Virus record (IMG/VR): IMGVR_UViG_3300037789_000064
Location: 1 to 35,889 of that record
Origin: a virus
Taxonomy: Duplodnaviria > Caudoviricetes
Length of the DNA stretch: 35,889 nt
Strand: one strand, 5' to 3'
The notes below the pieces were generated by a model. It was not told where the DNA came from and searched no databases. It saw only the letters and a program-made list of their open reading frames with translations. The position numbers and the translations under genes are program-made. Every line of letters begins with the position of its first letter. The stretch's first letter is position 1. Shown here one piece after another: positions 6,958-15,989 of this stretch.

Positions 6958-7080
6958 TTATGGAATGTAATGATTTCAATGACTTACAAATATACGCCAT
7001 GAGAAAACACACAAAAATCAGTAGGTTTTCTCATGGTGTTTCATATGCACCCGCTCCCGAATTGGGAGCCATTATAGCCA

Positions 7081-7656
7081 TTATTCCGCTCTGGAAATAA
7101 TGAATGGCAACCGCAATGTGTTTTCAACAACCACGCCCGTGGCTGCAAAAACGCAATTCCGATATTCCATACTGAAAAAAAAACGCGCCGCGCCTGGCAA
7201 GGCATTGGAAGGCGGCACAAAAGCAAACGGAACAATCACCCATTCGTCATCTGCCCGCACCGGCTCGACATCATAATTGGAAACCGCCCAGCGCCGGCCG
7301 CCATGGTTGATGACAAATGCCCCGCTGATTTCCGGTCGGCCGCACGAAATGCCAATGTCCGTTCGTTTGATCTTATACTGACCTTTGCACATGATGTCAT
7401 ATCCGCAGGCCGCGAAAATCGATGATCCGATTTCATCATAAACTGCCACACGGATCGGCGGTCGCAATTCATCTACCGCAAGTTCAACCTGCCCCAGGCG
7501 CTGTCCAAAATTTTCCAGCTTTTGCGGGATCTGCAGAAACGGTTCGGTGAACGGTTTTGCCACTGTTCCCAATCCGATCACAATCACTGTCACACTGGTG
7601 GTGATTGCCGCCACATGGCCCAGATGCGTTTTCAGCTTTGCCAGCCAGCTGCTCAT
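7081..7656 (-). CDS. Membrane-anchored hypothetical protein, last gene of the late operon
   Basis: ATGA overlap with the o-spanin stop; one N-terminal TM segment, short coiled coil, four Cys. Confidence 0.7.
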   Translation of the reverse strand: MSSWLAKLKTHLGHVAAITTSVTVIVIGLGTVAKPFTEPFLQIPQKLENFGQRLGQVELAVDELRPPIRVAVYDEIGSSIFAACGYDIMCKGQYKIKRTDIGISCGRPEISGAFVINHGGRRWAVSNYDVEPVRADDEWVIVPFAFVPPSNALPGAARFFFSMEYRNCVFAATGVVVENTLRLPFIISRAE

Positions 7657-7847
7657 GGTCGCCACCCGCATTCCAACTCACCACGCAGATTGTGCCGGCC
7701 AATTCGATCAACATCTATGTCAGACAGGCCTGCCATGGTCGCAGGCCTGATTGCACTGTTTGCTGCACACCAGTCAGTTGGCGTTGTCTGACACCCAGCG
7801 AGCGACATAATCACGGCGTTCGCCAGCAGACATGTTCGTAATTTCAT
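7653..7847 (-). CDS. Rz1-like outer-membrane spanin lipoprotein
   Basis: Signal sequence with lipobox LAGC; overlaps the 3' end of the i-spanin in another frame. Confidence 0.75.
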   Translation of the reverse strand: MKLRTCLLANAVIMSLAGCQTTPTDWCAANSAIRPATMAGLSDIDVDRIGRHNLRGELECGWRP

Positions 7848-8034
7848 TGTTTGCCCTCAATGCGGTTTGCAGTGATTTGATGCGGGATGCCGCCTGTTTG
7901 GCTTGCTCAGCCCGTTTCCCCGCCCGTCTGAGCGATGCAGCCCCTGTCCATGCCAGCAGACACGCCAGAACGGCCAACGCCACCCAGCGGCCAATTCTGC
8001 TGCCTGTCAGCATGGCGATCACCCTGATCACCAT
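7774..8034 (-). CDS. Rz-like inner-membrane spanin
   Basis: N-terminal TM plus Ala/Gln/Arg-rich helix; follows the holin; start assigned to ATG 8034. Confidence 0.7.
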   Translation of the reverse strand: MVIRVIAMLTGSRIGRWVALAVLACLLAWTGAASLRRAGKRAEQAKQAASRIKSLQTALRANNEITNMSAGERRDYVARWVSDNAN

Positions 8035-8228
8035 CTCTTGCCCACCGGTGTGGTTGTGACGAAGCGCAGGATGATATTCAGCACTCCAATGCCCAGGATG
8101 AACCACCCCGCGTTTTCAGGCGGCAGAATGGAGCGCCAGTCAAACACATCAAGAAACGCCAGCACTTCACCAATCAACGGCAGCGCAACAGCGATCCCGT
8201 TGAAAATCAGTGTGCGGAAACCTTTCAT
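8028..8228 (-). CDS. Putative holin
   Basis: 66 aa, two TM segments, basic C-terminus (LRFVTTTPVGKRW), GGAG RBS, directly after the endolysin. Confidence 0.7.
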   Translation of the reverse strand: MKGFRTLIFNGIAVALPLIGEVLAFLDVFDWRSILPPENAGWFILGIGVLNIILRFVTTTPVGKRW

Positions 8229-8237
8229 CGTCAGCTC

Positions 8238-8948
8238 CTATCGAAACATTTTGAAAATGGCAGCCAGTATCTTCTGCCAAATGGTGAGCGCGTTTTCCGG
8301 TGCCGGCAGACCGGGAACACCCGTGGCCGGCTCCGGCAAGTCAGTGCCGGCCGGCCTTGGCCGTGGCAAAGGGATATCACTGGGCCCGGCGCTCCAGTTC
8401 ACAGCCTTCAGCGCGGCCTCAAACTTCAGCGCCAGTTCTCCGATCGCAATCTGCTTGTCGGTGCCGTTGACAATCCGGCGCGCATTGGCAAATTCGCGCA
8501 GGTCTTCCCTGTCATCCTCATCGATATTGTCGATGTAATCGGACAGCTTTTTGCCCGTGTAGACACCCTGTTCCATGCCAACGAACAGCGCCGGCAGCGC
8601 ATATTCCCATTCAAGCAACAGATCCGGGTTCGCGATCAGGTCAACGCCGATCAGGTTTCCCATCACCTGGTAATTGCGTTCCCAGGTGGTTTGGATCAGG
8701 CCGCGCCCGTGCCAGGGATAATAACGCAGGTTTTTGCGCCGCCAGTCTTCAGAAAGCCAGTAAGCCTCAATAACCGGCTGCATGGTCTGCGCGGTTTCCC
8801 ACCAGGCCGTTGCCAGAATATAGGCCATGTCGCCAAGTTGGGATCCGCGCGCCCTGCCAAAGGCCAGAACCTTTTCCATTCCCATCACGTTTTCGGTGGT
8901 CAGGTTCAGATGCGGGCGCAGCGCCGCGTAGAACGGTTGATGGTTCAT
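8238..8948 (-). CDS. Endolysin, glycoside hydrolase family 19-like
   Basis: AYILATAWWET, HGRGLIQTTWERNY, ARRIVNG motifs; Pro-rich linker and amphipathic C-terminal helix; ATG 8948 overlaps the upstream stop. Confidence 0.88.
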   Translation of the reverse strand: MNHQPFYAALRPHLNLTTENVMGMEKVLAFGRARGSQLGDMAYILATAWWETAQTMQPVIEAYWLSEDWRRKNLRYYPWHGRGLIQTTWERNYQVMGNLIGVDLIANPDLLLEWEYALPALFVGMEQGVYTGKKLSDYIDNIDEDDREDLREFANARRIVNGTDKQIAIGELALKFEAALKAVNWSAGPSDIPLPRPRPAGTDLPEPATGVPGLPAPENALTIWQKILAAIFKMFR

Positions 8949-9199
8949 GATTGTTTCTTTCGTTTTTGAAGAGCGCGGTAAATCATGCCGGGCGGGCCGA
9001 TCAGGCCGGCGAACATCACGCCGCCGATCAGCACCCCTTTCCAGCCCAGCTGATCGATGACGCATTGCATCAGGTGCCAATGGGCAGCCCAGGTCTGCAC
9101 GGCCAGGTCATGCACTTCGCAGCAAGGTGTGATGGACACGCCGAACCAGGTGTCAGGCCAATTGGTGCATTCGAAATCAGGCAGCTGCTGTGTGATCAT
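8945..9199 (-). CDS. Small protein with phospholipase A2-like CCxxHD motif and C-terminal TM
   Basis: CTNWPD...PCCEVHDLA...LMQCV; ATGA-coupled on both sides. Confidence 0.6.
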   Translation of the reverse strand: MITQQLPDFECTNWPDTWFGVSITPCCEVHDLAVQTWAAHWHLMQCVIDQLGWKGVLIGGVMFAGLIGPPGMIYRALQKRKKQS

Positions 9200-9810
9200 G
9201 ACCAGGCCGCAATCACATCTGTTGTCGCCCCGTTCACACTGAAGCTGCCACCAAGCGAAGTAATCAGGGAACTACCACCAATGTGATAGTGATCGCCGCT
9301 GCCGCCATTGTCGTCATAGTCAGTGTCGAAACCAGTCAGGCTCATCCCCGCACTTTGTGCCTGGCCGACACCGATTGCCGCCAATGGTTGCGAACCATAA
9401 GAAAGCGAACCGGACAGGGTCGTGATTGCAGGTGCTGCAGCCGACGCTCCAAGGATCTCCCAAACATCCAGCCAGTCGCCATTTGAAGAACCGGACAAGC
9501 TGACCGTCACATTGCCTGATCCATTGACAGCATCTTCGATATACCAAAGCTCAGCATGGCGATTACTGGCTGACACCGATATCGCTTGCGTGCAGGCTCC
9601 CGCCGGCGCGGTGATGCCGGACACGCTTAGGTTCGATCCCTTGTATCCGCCATAACCAAACACCAGAATGCGGCCGGCCGCCGGTGTGCCAAGATCGATG
9701 CTGGAAAATGACAAGCCTGTCTGCGCAGTTGTGCCAATATAGTTCACCGCCAGTGCACTCGCACCAACCACCGCCGCCTGCGCCAGCATTCCATGCGCCG
9801 CAAACATCAA
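9196..9810 (-). CDS. Gly/Ser-rich beta-strand tail-associated protein
   Basis: Position after the tail fibre genes; composition; overlapping start/stop junctions. Confidence 0.6.
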   Translation of the reverse strand: MMFAAHGMLAQAAVVGASALAVNYIGTTAQTGLSFSSIDLGTPAAGRILVFGYGGYKGSNLSVSGITAPAGACTQAISVSASNRHAELWYIEDAVNGSGNVTVSLSGSSNGDWLDVWEILGASAAAPAITTLSGSLSYGSQPLAAIGVGQAQSAGMSLTGFDTDYDDNGGSGDHYHIGGSSLITSLGGSFSVNGATTDVIAAWS

Positions 9811-10277
9811 AAATCCTTCGCGGCCAGCCAGGCCGTCTTCACTGTTTCAAGCGGCAGGCCCACCCTGGCAATCAGCTGTTGAACCAGCGGGTGGTCGAAA
9901 TTGTAATCATCTGCATCCTGCCATTCGATCAGCGCCACAGCCCTTTCGGCGGCATCTTCAGTCTCATTGATCGCTGCCAGCACGGCTGTCTCCGTCAAGC
10001 CCATGCCCAGCAGCCCCAGCCGCAATTGCCGCCGTGTCAGCGGCCAGTCATTCGGATCGGTGGAAGGTGCCGGCGGCTCGGGCGGTACGTACTCATATGG
10101 CTCGATTGACAGATCAGCCAGTTGCTGCGGTGTCAGCAATGCCAAGGCACCCCGCGCAAATTTCAGTTCACCCGGAGCGGACTGGCCATTGAATGTGCCC
10201 GGCGTTCTGGTCAGCCCGCCATATTTGTTGAACACCAGATCTTCTCCGGTCAGCAGGTCTCGGTATCTTGTTGTCAT
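9807..10277 (-). CDS. Tail fibre assembly/chaperone-like protein
   Basis: PPEPPAP linker, then LTRRQLRLGL...IEWQDA...DHPLV typical of fibre-adjacent genes; TGATG coupling at 10277. Confidence 0.65.
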   Translation of the reverse strand: MTTRYRDLLTGEDLVFNKYGGLTRTPGTFNGQSAPGELKFARGALALLTPQQLADLSIEPYEYVPPEPPAPSTDPNDWPLTRRQLRLGLLGMGLTETAVLAAINETEDAAERAVALIEWQDADDYNFDHPLVQQLIARVGLPLETVKTAWLAAKDF

Positions 10278-11644
10278 CAGCTGAAATCCTGCCCTGGCGT
10301 GAACATCTGAATTGTGGTGCCGTCGAACGAAACCCCGGAAAACACATCCACCCCGTTCGCATCCGTTGTCAGTGCCGGCGGTGTGCCACCAGGGAACTTG
10401 TAGGCCGCCCCCCATGCCAATGTGCGGGATCCGGTTGCGTCCTGGATGATCTTGAAAAGATATGTCGCGCCCGCCGTAATGGCCGTCGGGTTGGCCATTG
10501 TGCGATTGCCACCCAGCGTGACTTGGTTGAGGTTTTTGGTGCCGGTCGGTGTGATGGTTGCGCCATCGCTCAGCGTTTCAACGCTCGATGCCTGAAGCGC
10601 GCTGAAGGTCTGCGCAACATCGGTTTTGGCCGTGTCCGCATCATAAGCCTGCACAGCGCTGCCGATCGCAGCACTGATCCGCGCATCCGCCGCCGTGTTG
10701 AAATCCGTCACATCCGATGCTGTATGCGAATGCGCCGCCGGCGTGAATGTGGCCGGCTTTCCGGTAATGCCGGCCCAGGGCGCGGCATCGGCCGCATCGG
10801 CTGCATCCACCTTGCCGTCATCATTGGTGTCATAGGTGGACTTGGCCATGTCACCGGAGCCACCACCGCCCCCGCCAGGTGCCAGCGCCAGAATGGCAGC
10901 TTTCATCTTTGCGGGGCTGACAACACTTTCAGTCGTGCCGGTACCGGCTTCCCAGGTGCTGGTATCCTGGGCAGCCTGATACGCCTGGACAGCGCTGCCG
11001 ATCGCAGCTGTTATCCGCGCATCTGCCGCAGTGGTAAAGTCAGTGACATCTGATGCCGTATGCGAATGTGAGGCCGGCGTGAAACTGTCCGGCTTGCCGG
11101 TAATCCCGGCCCAGGGAACCGCATCGGCCGCTGCAGCTGCATCCACCTTGCCATCATTGTCCGTGTCATAGGTGGCTTTCACCATGTCGCCGCCGCCGGC
11201 CACCGCCTGGGCAACTTCAACCACTGAAACGGCCCGTGCCAGTTCCTGGGCGATGATCATCAACCGGTCCAGATCCGCATCCAGCGCGGCCGCATCATAT
11301 TTGCCGGCACGCACAATGCTGGTCAGCCGCTCCAGAACCGCTGCACCGCGGACCCGCACCTTGTCATCTGCGGTTCGGCCGACATTCAGCGTGATCGAAC
11401 CGCCGCTGTCCGATCCTGCCCCACTGACCGAATAGGCACTCTCCGACAAACCGGTGTAATCGGCATCTTCGTCGGCATCATGCGCCAACACGGCGATCGC
11501 CAGATCTTCATCGTTCTGAAACGGAAACGGCACATTGAAGACAGTCTGCCCTTCAGAGGCGGTATAAACGCGCTCGCGTGTGTCTTCTGGAACTGGAAAA
11601 ACAAGGCTCATGCCGGACCTGCCATAATGGTTCAATGCCATCAT
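10277..11644 (-). CDS. Tail fibre protein
   Basis: T7 gp17-like N-terminal anchor (YTASEGQTVFNVPFPF), HSH fibre motifs, internal duplication; the start may be ATG 11611. Confidence 0.85.
   Translation of the reverse strand: MMALNHYGRSGMSLVFPVPEDTRERVYTASEGQTVFNVPFPFQNDEDLAIAVLAHDADEDADYTGLSESAYSVSGAGSDSGGSITLNVGRTADDKVRVRGAAVLERLTSIVRAGKYDAAALDADLDRLMIIAQELARAVSVVEVAQAVAGGGDMVKATYDTDNDGKVDAAAAADAVPWAGITGKPDSFTPASHSHTASDVTDFTTAADARITAAIGSAVQAYQAAQDTSTWEAGTGTTESVVSPAKMKAAILALAPGGGGGGSGDMAKSTYDTNDDGKVDAADAADAAPWAGITGKPATFTPAAHSHTASDVTDFNTAADARISAAIGSAVQAYDADTAKTDVAQTFSALQASSVETLSDGATITPTGTKNLNQVTLGGNRTMANPTAITAGATYLFKIIQDATGSRTLAWGAAYKFPGGTPPALTTDANGVDVFSGVSFDGTTIQMFTPGQDFS
10643..11191. repeat. 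213-bp (71-aa) internal duplication in the tail fibre
   Basis: Copies at 10979-11191 and 10643-10855 (GDM.K.TYDT..DGKVDAA...HSHTASDVTDF...AAIGSAVQAY). Confidence 0.92.
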
Positions 11645-11670
11645 GCCAGTGCTGGAAACGGGTCAACCGT

Positions 11671-14139
11671 TCAGCGGCCCCCTCCGAAGGCCGGAGCACG
11701 ATCCGGAGACACTTGACCAGGTCGCCACCAGTATCCGTTGCCCTGCTCTTTCAAAAGCCGTCTTTGCTTCTGTTTGAACTTGCGATTGGCGTCCGGATCA
11801 GTCAGTTTTTCCAGCTGATCCATGAAAATGCGCTGATATGCCAAACGCAGATACCACATCTTGAACGGCGTATTGCGATCCACAAAGCTGCGCGCCTCTT
11901 CAGCGAAGTTGGTTTTGTCACCTTCAACACCCTGGGCGATGTTACCGATAAGCAAATTCGCTAGGCCAGTTGCCTCTGATGCCACTGGTCCGCCAAGCGT
12001 CTCGCCAAATCCACTGCCAAATCGATTGAGGTTCCCAAACAGGAAATCACCGAAAATTCCCAATCCGCCACCCGTCAGGACAGCAGCACCGAAGCTTGTA
12101 ACCGCACTTCCGTCTTCGTTTAGTATGGGCCGGGGATCCTTTCCATCGCGGATGTCTTTCAACCATCCTGCCAGATAACCAGCCATGGCACTGGTAATAA
12201 CCACCATCGAGACATACTCAGCAGCAACCAGATTACCTTTGCGCTGACGAACTTGCATTGTCCTGGGAATATCCAGCAAAAGGTTCATCACTGCGACGGA
12301 TTTGAACATCCGGAAACTGGCAGCAGTCTCTCCTACCAGCGTTCCTCGTTTGGTGCCCGCCCGCAACAGTGCCTGGGTTTGTGCGTCCCCCTCAACGATG
12401 AACCGTTTCATTTCCGCATAGAGCATTCCACTGAACTTGTCCCCAACTGCCTGATCAGTTGCGCGAACACCCGTGGGATCAACAAACGCAACACCACTTC
12501 GAGGCTTGAGCATCTGGCTCTTTCGGATCACGTCCCAATCGTCTGGGCCAATCCCGTAATTTTCAAAAAACGCCCATCTGAAATCAGGGTCCAGCTCATC
12601 CCATTTCTTGGCACTAGCCTGCGCAAGATCGCCCAAAATCCCGAGATACCAGCTGCGTTTTGCGAATTCGGTCCAGGCGGAAAGGCCGCCCCAGGCAATG
12701 GCACGGTCAGCCCATTTTCTCGTCCATCCCGTTCCCTCCAGCGCCCCGTCATAGCGCGATCGCGTTTCAAAACCAGCCATTGCCACATCGCTGATAAATC
12801 CCAGCTGGGCCGCAAAATCCCTGTTTTCCTTTCCGATTGATGTCGCCAGGCTTTTAAGATGTCCGAGCATTGGCAAGCCGGCAAGGCGGCGAGGTGCCAC
12901 CTGGCGAAACACGTCCCCAGGCACTGCCATCAACACTGCCGACGTCATTTTCGCCGATGTAATCACATTGCGGATGTTTGAACCCGTCGTGGCCAGCCAT
13001 TCGTTGACCGCCACATTCGCGTGGCCACGCATTTCGCTGTACAGGTTCTCAAGATGCCATATCTGCGTATTGGCCGCCGTCATGGACTTGCCCTTGGCTT
13101 TTTTCAGTTTCCCGTCGATCCGGATGGCCTGCTTGAAAAATTCAATCTCTGCACTCGGGTTTGGTCCCAGCACTTCCAGAAAGGCGATATCGCGGGCCAT
13201 AAACCGAAGATGCTCCCACATCACACCAAACAGGTTCGGCTCGCCAAACTCCTCCGCATAGGCCATCCACTCAGTCGCGCCCTTGAATTTCAAGAACCTG
13301 TGTTCGCCCCTTTGGCCGGCCAGCGCCCCGGCACCGGCAGTCTGGCGCGTTGCTGTCTGCTTGTTCGCGCCATCAGTCACGATGCTTTGGTAAACATCTG
13401 ACAGGACGGCATCCCTTTCACTGGGCAATATCGGCTTGCCGGTATGAGCATGTGGCATTTGCGCCCAGTCCAGCATCGGGCTGATAAACCGTTTCCATTC
13501 CGCTTCACCAGCCTTGATCAGACTGTCCTGCCTGTGATGTTGAGGTGCACCCCATTTGTCCAGTTTGCCGATCGAGCCACCGGCTCTGTTAAACCGCTGG
13601 CGTGTCAGTTCACTGGCCTTGCCCCAGGCATCAGCAAATGCCTTTGCGACGTCACTGCCACTGTCTTCGCCAAAAGCCTCCTTCAGCAGGTCCAGTTGCT
13701 CTGCCTGCTTTGGAGTTTTTCCACTGATCCTGGTGCGCTGGAACTCGGTGTTCAAATCCTTCATCAAGGTCATGACTTCGGAGATAATCGAGTCCTGCAC
13801 TCCCTGGACACTGGTAAATTTTGCACCCCCACGATGGATCAGATGTGCAATTGCGGCACCACCAATCGAAGGCTTTCCGTCTGCGCCCAGGTGGGTTTCG
13901 ACATTTTGAAGTATCCGCTTATGTGCCACAGCCGCAAGAAGCACCCGGCGTTTGCGCTCCTGGGCCACTGCGGTCAGGCGCTCAACCGTATCAGCTTTTG
14001 CACGCTGATCCGCATCAGGTGCACCACTGGATTTGTGCTGTGCCCGGAAACCTTCATAGAGCGAATTCAAACGTTCGGCTTCATCGGCAGATATCTCACC
14101 ACCATCGACCGCGTTCTTCAGGCAATTGGATATGCTCAT
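11671..14139 (-). CDS. Large internal virion (ejection) protein
   Basis: 822 aa, helical, C-terminal GGGLGIFGDFLF segment; sits before the tail fibre as in BPP-1/epsilon15-like podoviruses. Confidence 0.75.
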   Translation of the reverse strand: MSISNCLKNAVDGGEISADEAERLNSLYEGFRAQHKSSGAPDADQRAKADTVERLTAVAQERKRRVLLAAVAHKRILQNVETHLGADGKPSIGGAAIAHLIHRGGAKFTSVQGVQDSIISEVMTLMKDLNTEFQRTRISGKTPKQAEQLDLLKEAFGEDSGSDVAKAFADAWGKASELTRQRFNRAGGSIGKLDKWGAPQHHRQDSLIKAGEAEWKRFISPMLDWAQMPHAHTGKPILPSERDAVLSDVYQSIVTDGANKQTATRQTAGAGALAGQRGEHRFLKFKGATEWMAYAEEFGEPNLFGVMWEHLRFMARDIAFLEVLGPNPSAEIEFFKQAIRIDGKLKKAKGKSMTAANTQIWHLENLYSEMRGHANVAVNEWLATTGSNIRNVITSAKMTSAVLMAVPGDVFRQVAPRRLAGLPMLGHLKSLATSIGKENRDFAAQLGFISDVAMAGFETRSRYDGALEGTGWTRKWADRAIAWGGLSAWTEFAKRSWYLGILGDLAQASAKKWDELDPDFRWAFFENYGIGPDDWDVIRKSQMLKPRSGVAFVDPTGVRATDQAVGDKFSGMLYAEMKRFIVEGDAQTQALLRAGTKRGTLVGETAASFRMFKSVAVMNLLLDIPRTMQVRQRKGNLVAAEYVSMVVITSAMAGYLAGWLKDIRDGKDPRPILNEDGSAVTSFGAAVLTGGGLGIFGDFLFGNLNRFGSGFGETLGGPVASEATGLANLLIGNIAQGVEGDKTNFAEEARSFVDRNTPFKMWYLRLAYQRIFMDQLEKLTDPDANRKFKQKQRRLLKEQGNGYWWRPGQVSPDRAPAFGGGR

Positions 14140-15989
14140 CAGTTTGTCCTACATGCGCCAATGAGATCAGCCCAACCCGCTTCGCGGTCGATCTCGTCCA
14201 GGGCATCTTGCAACCGAATGGTCTCCACCAGTTCGTCACCTTCTGCCGTTATACGGAACCCGTTTGGCAATTCCATATTATGATCCAGATCATCTTCCAG
14301 CCGCTCAACCTGGGTCAGGGCTCGCTGCGCTGGCGTTTCAGTATCAAGCGAAATCTGATCCGTTGAATTCCGGGTTTGATCCAGATCCGAAGCATTCCCT
14401 TGTGCCGCTCCCTGCTGGACATCACCAGCGTTTGATCCTATATCGGATTTAGGCGCAGGGGCGGATCTAGAGGCCCCTTCAGCGGGCTGGCTCACTGTAC
14501 TACCCACCCGCCGCCGCCCCTTCGTTTCCTTCTCGAATGCAGTCAGCAACCATGTTTTCTGGTTGCCATCATGTTCAAGCCGGACCACGGCCTTATACTC
14601 ATCGTTTTCAAGCTGAATGCGATTGGCGCTGCGCGTCTGCACATCAAGGCCACCAATAATGCGTGGCAGATCGGCAACCACTTCCGGATGCTTTTCGATG
14701 ATTTTTGCAAGGCCGGCACCGCCGGGCCCCTTCGTGCCGGCTTTCGGCTCAGGCAGACCCCAGATCACATCAATGTCCCCGATCTCAGAATGAAACAACG
14801 CACCTGGGATCTCGCCATCCTGAAGCCCCTGAAGGCGTGCAACCGCCGCCGCCCAGTTTCCCTCATAGGCAATACGGTCCAGAATTGGCCCGTGAGGCCC
14901 GCTCGCCACAATGTCGGCGTCATCACCCGCGCCAATGCGTCTTTGCGCGTCCAGCCCCTCGCCAAGTCGATTTGACGGTGCATCCGACTGAAGATCATCC
15001 AGCGCCCTTGCAGTCAGCGCATCATGGAACTCCGGATCGATGCCCTTTCGCCGTTCTGTCCGGGTCACCCGATCGGCCTCAATTGCATCCAGCGCGCCTC
15101 GCGCATCAGCCGGAAGATGTTCCCGCGCGGGGGACAGCACATTGAACATTGCATCGATATCGCCATTCACTGCATCCGCGACGGGTGACGGTCGATCCTT
15201 CAGATATCGCCCCAATGCCTGGCCACCTTCCCCGATCGCCCTGGCACCACCGCCGAACACACCACCAAACGCCGTCGAATACAGGATCTGCTCAATGGCC
15301 CGGTCATACTCAAAACCATCCTGAAGTCCGGCTTCGGTCCGCCATTTTTGCACGAACGGCTGCAACGCGGCTTCACTGGTTCCGTTGATCAAGGCTTCCT
15401 TGATTGCAACAGTAGCAATGCGTTGTGCCACCGTCCGGGCCGCGCCGACGCCGCCACCAAGAACAAGCATCGCCAACTCGATTGGTTCCTGAATTGCAGC
15501 CACCGACGTTCCCGCAAACATGGCCCCATATTTCGCCAGGCCCTTGCGACTGCTGAACAGCCGGTCCTGGTCAGCCTCCGCTTCGGCCATCAATTTGTGT
15601 GCCTGATCTTCAAATGGCACATCCAGCGCAAAAGCATCAGCGGCGTCAGGGTATTTTTCCGCCAGCGCCCGCATTTCGGTTTCGAAAATTTCCAGTTCCG
15701 CCGGGATATTGTCCATGGCAGCTGCACGTTTCCATGGTTTCGCAGGAAGCCGTGATGAAATGCCGCGTTCCCTCAGCGCACGTGCGCGCGGATGCTCCAA
15801 TCGTTCACCTGTCGCAGCTTCGATGGCGTCGATGCGCTGCTTGTACGCCTCTTCGAGTGCCATTTCAGGCGAACTCAGATTGCCGCCTGTGCGATGCGCC
15901 AACTCAGCAGCATCATAAATTTCACCCAGGGTGGCCTCACCGCCTGCCCCGGTTGGAACTTCAGCGTAGTGCGGTTGATACATGCTCAT
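14139..15989 (-). CDS. Internal virion protein with PBECR-like (barnase/EndoU/colicin/RelE) nuclease domain
   Basis: GALFHSEIGDIDVIWG...GAGLAKIIEKHPEV...KTWLLTAFEK motif set; located in the ejection-protein block. Confidence 0.7.
   Translation of the reverse strand: MSMYQPHYAEVPTGAGGEATLGEIYDAAELAHRTGGNLSSPEMALEEAYKQRIDAIEAATGERLEHPRARALRERGISSRLPAKPWKRAAAMDNIPAELEIFETEMRALAEKYPDAADAFALDVPFEDQAHKLMAEAEADQDRLFSSRKGLAKYGAMFAGTSVAAIQEPIELAMLVLGGGVGAARTVAQRIATVAIKEALINGTSEAALQPFVQKWRTEAGLQDGFEYDRAIEQILYSTAFGGVFGGGARAIGEGGQALGRYLKDRPSPVADAVNGDIDAMFNVLSPAREHLPADARGALDAIEADRVTRTERRKGIDPEFHDALTARALDDLQSDAPSNRLGEGLDAQRRIGAGDDADIVASGPHGPILDRIAYEGNWAAAVARLQGLQDGEIPGALFHSEIGDIDVIWGLPEPKAGTKGPGGAGLAKIIEKHPEVVADLPRIIGGLDVQTRSANRIQLENDEYKAVVRLEHDGNQKTWLLTAFEKETKGRRRVGSTVSQPAEGASRSAPAPKSDIGSNAGDVQQGAAQGNASDLDQTRNSTDQISLDTETPAQRALTQVERLEDDLDHNMELPNGFRITAEGDELVETIRLQDALDEIDREAGWADLIGACRTN

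Larger units (their letters stand above)
6822..7036. other. attP region with arm-type repeats and IHF-like sites
   Basis: TGAGACC/GGTCTCA x4 (6822-6861); 13-bp inverted IHF-like sites 6893-6905 and 6974-6986 flank the core; 12-bp inverted repeat 6997-7008/7025-7036. Confidence 0.8.

Noticed and set aside
10277-11644. Diversity-generating retroelement as in BPP-1
   Set aside because: No reverse transcriptase is present; both repeat copies lie in frame within one gene and do not look like an adenine-specific TR/VR pair.
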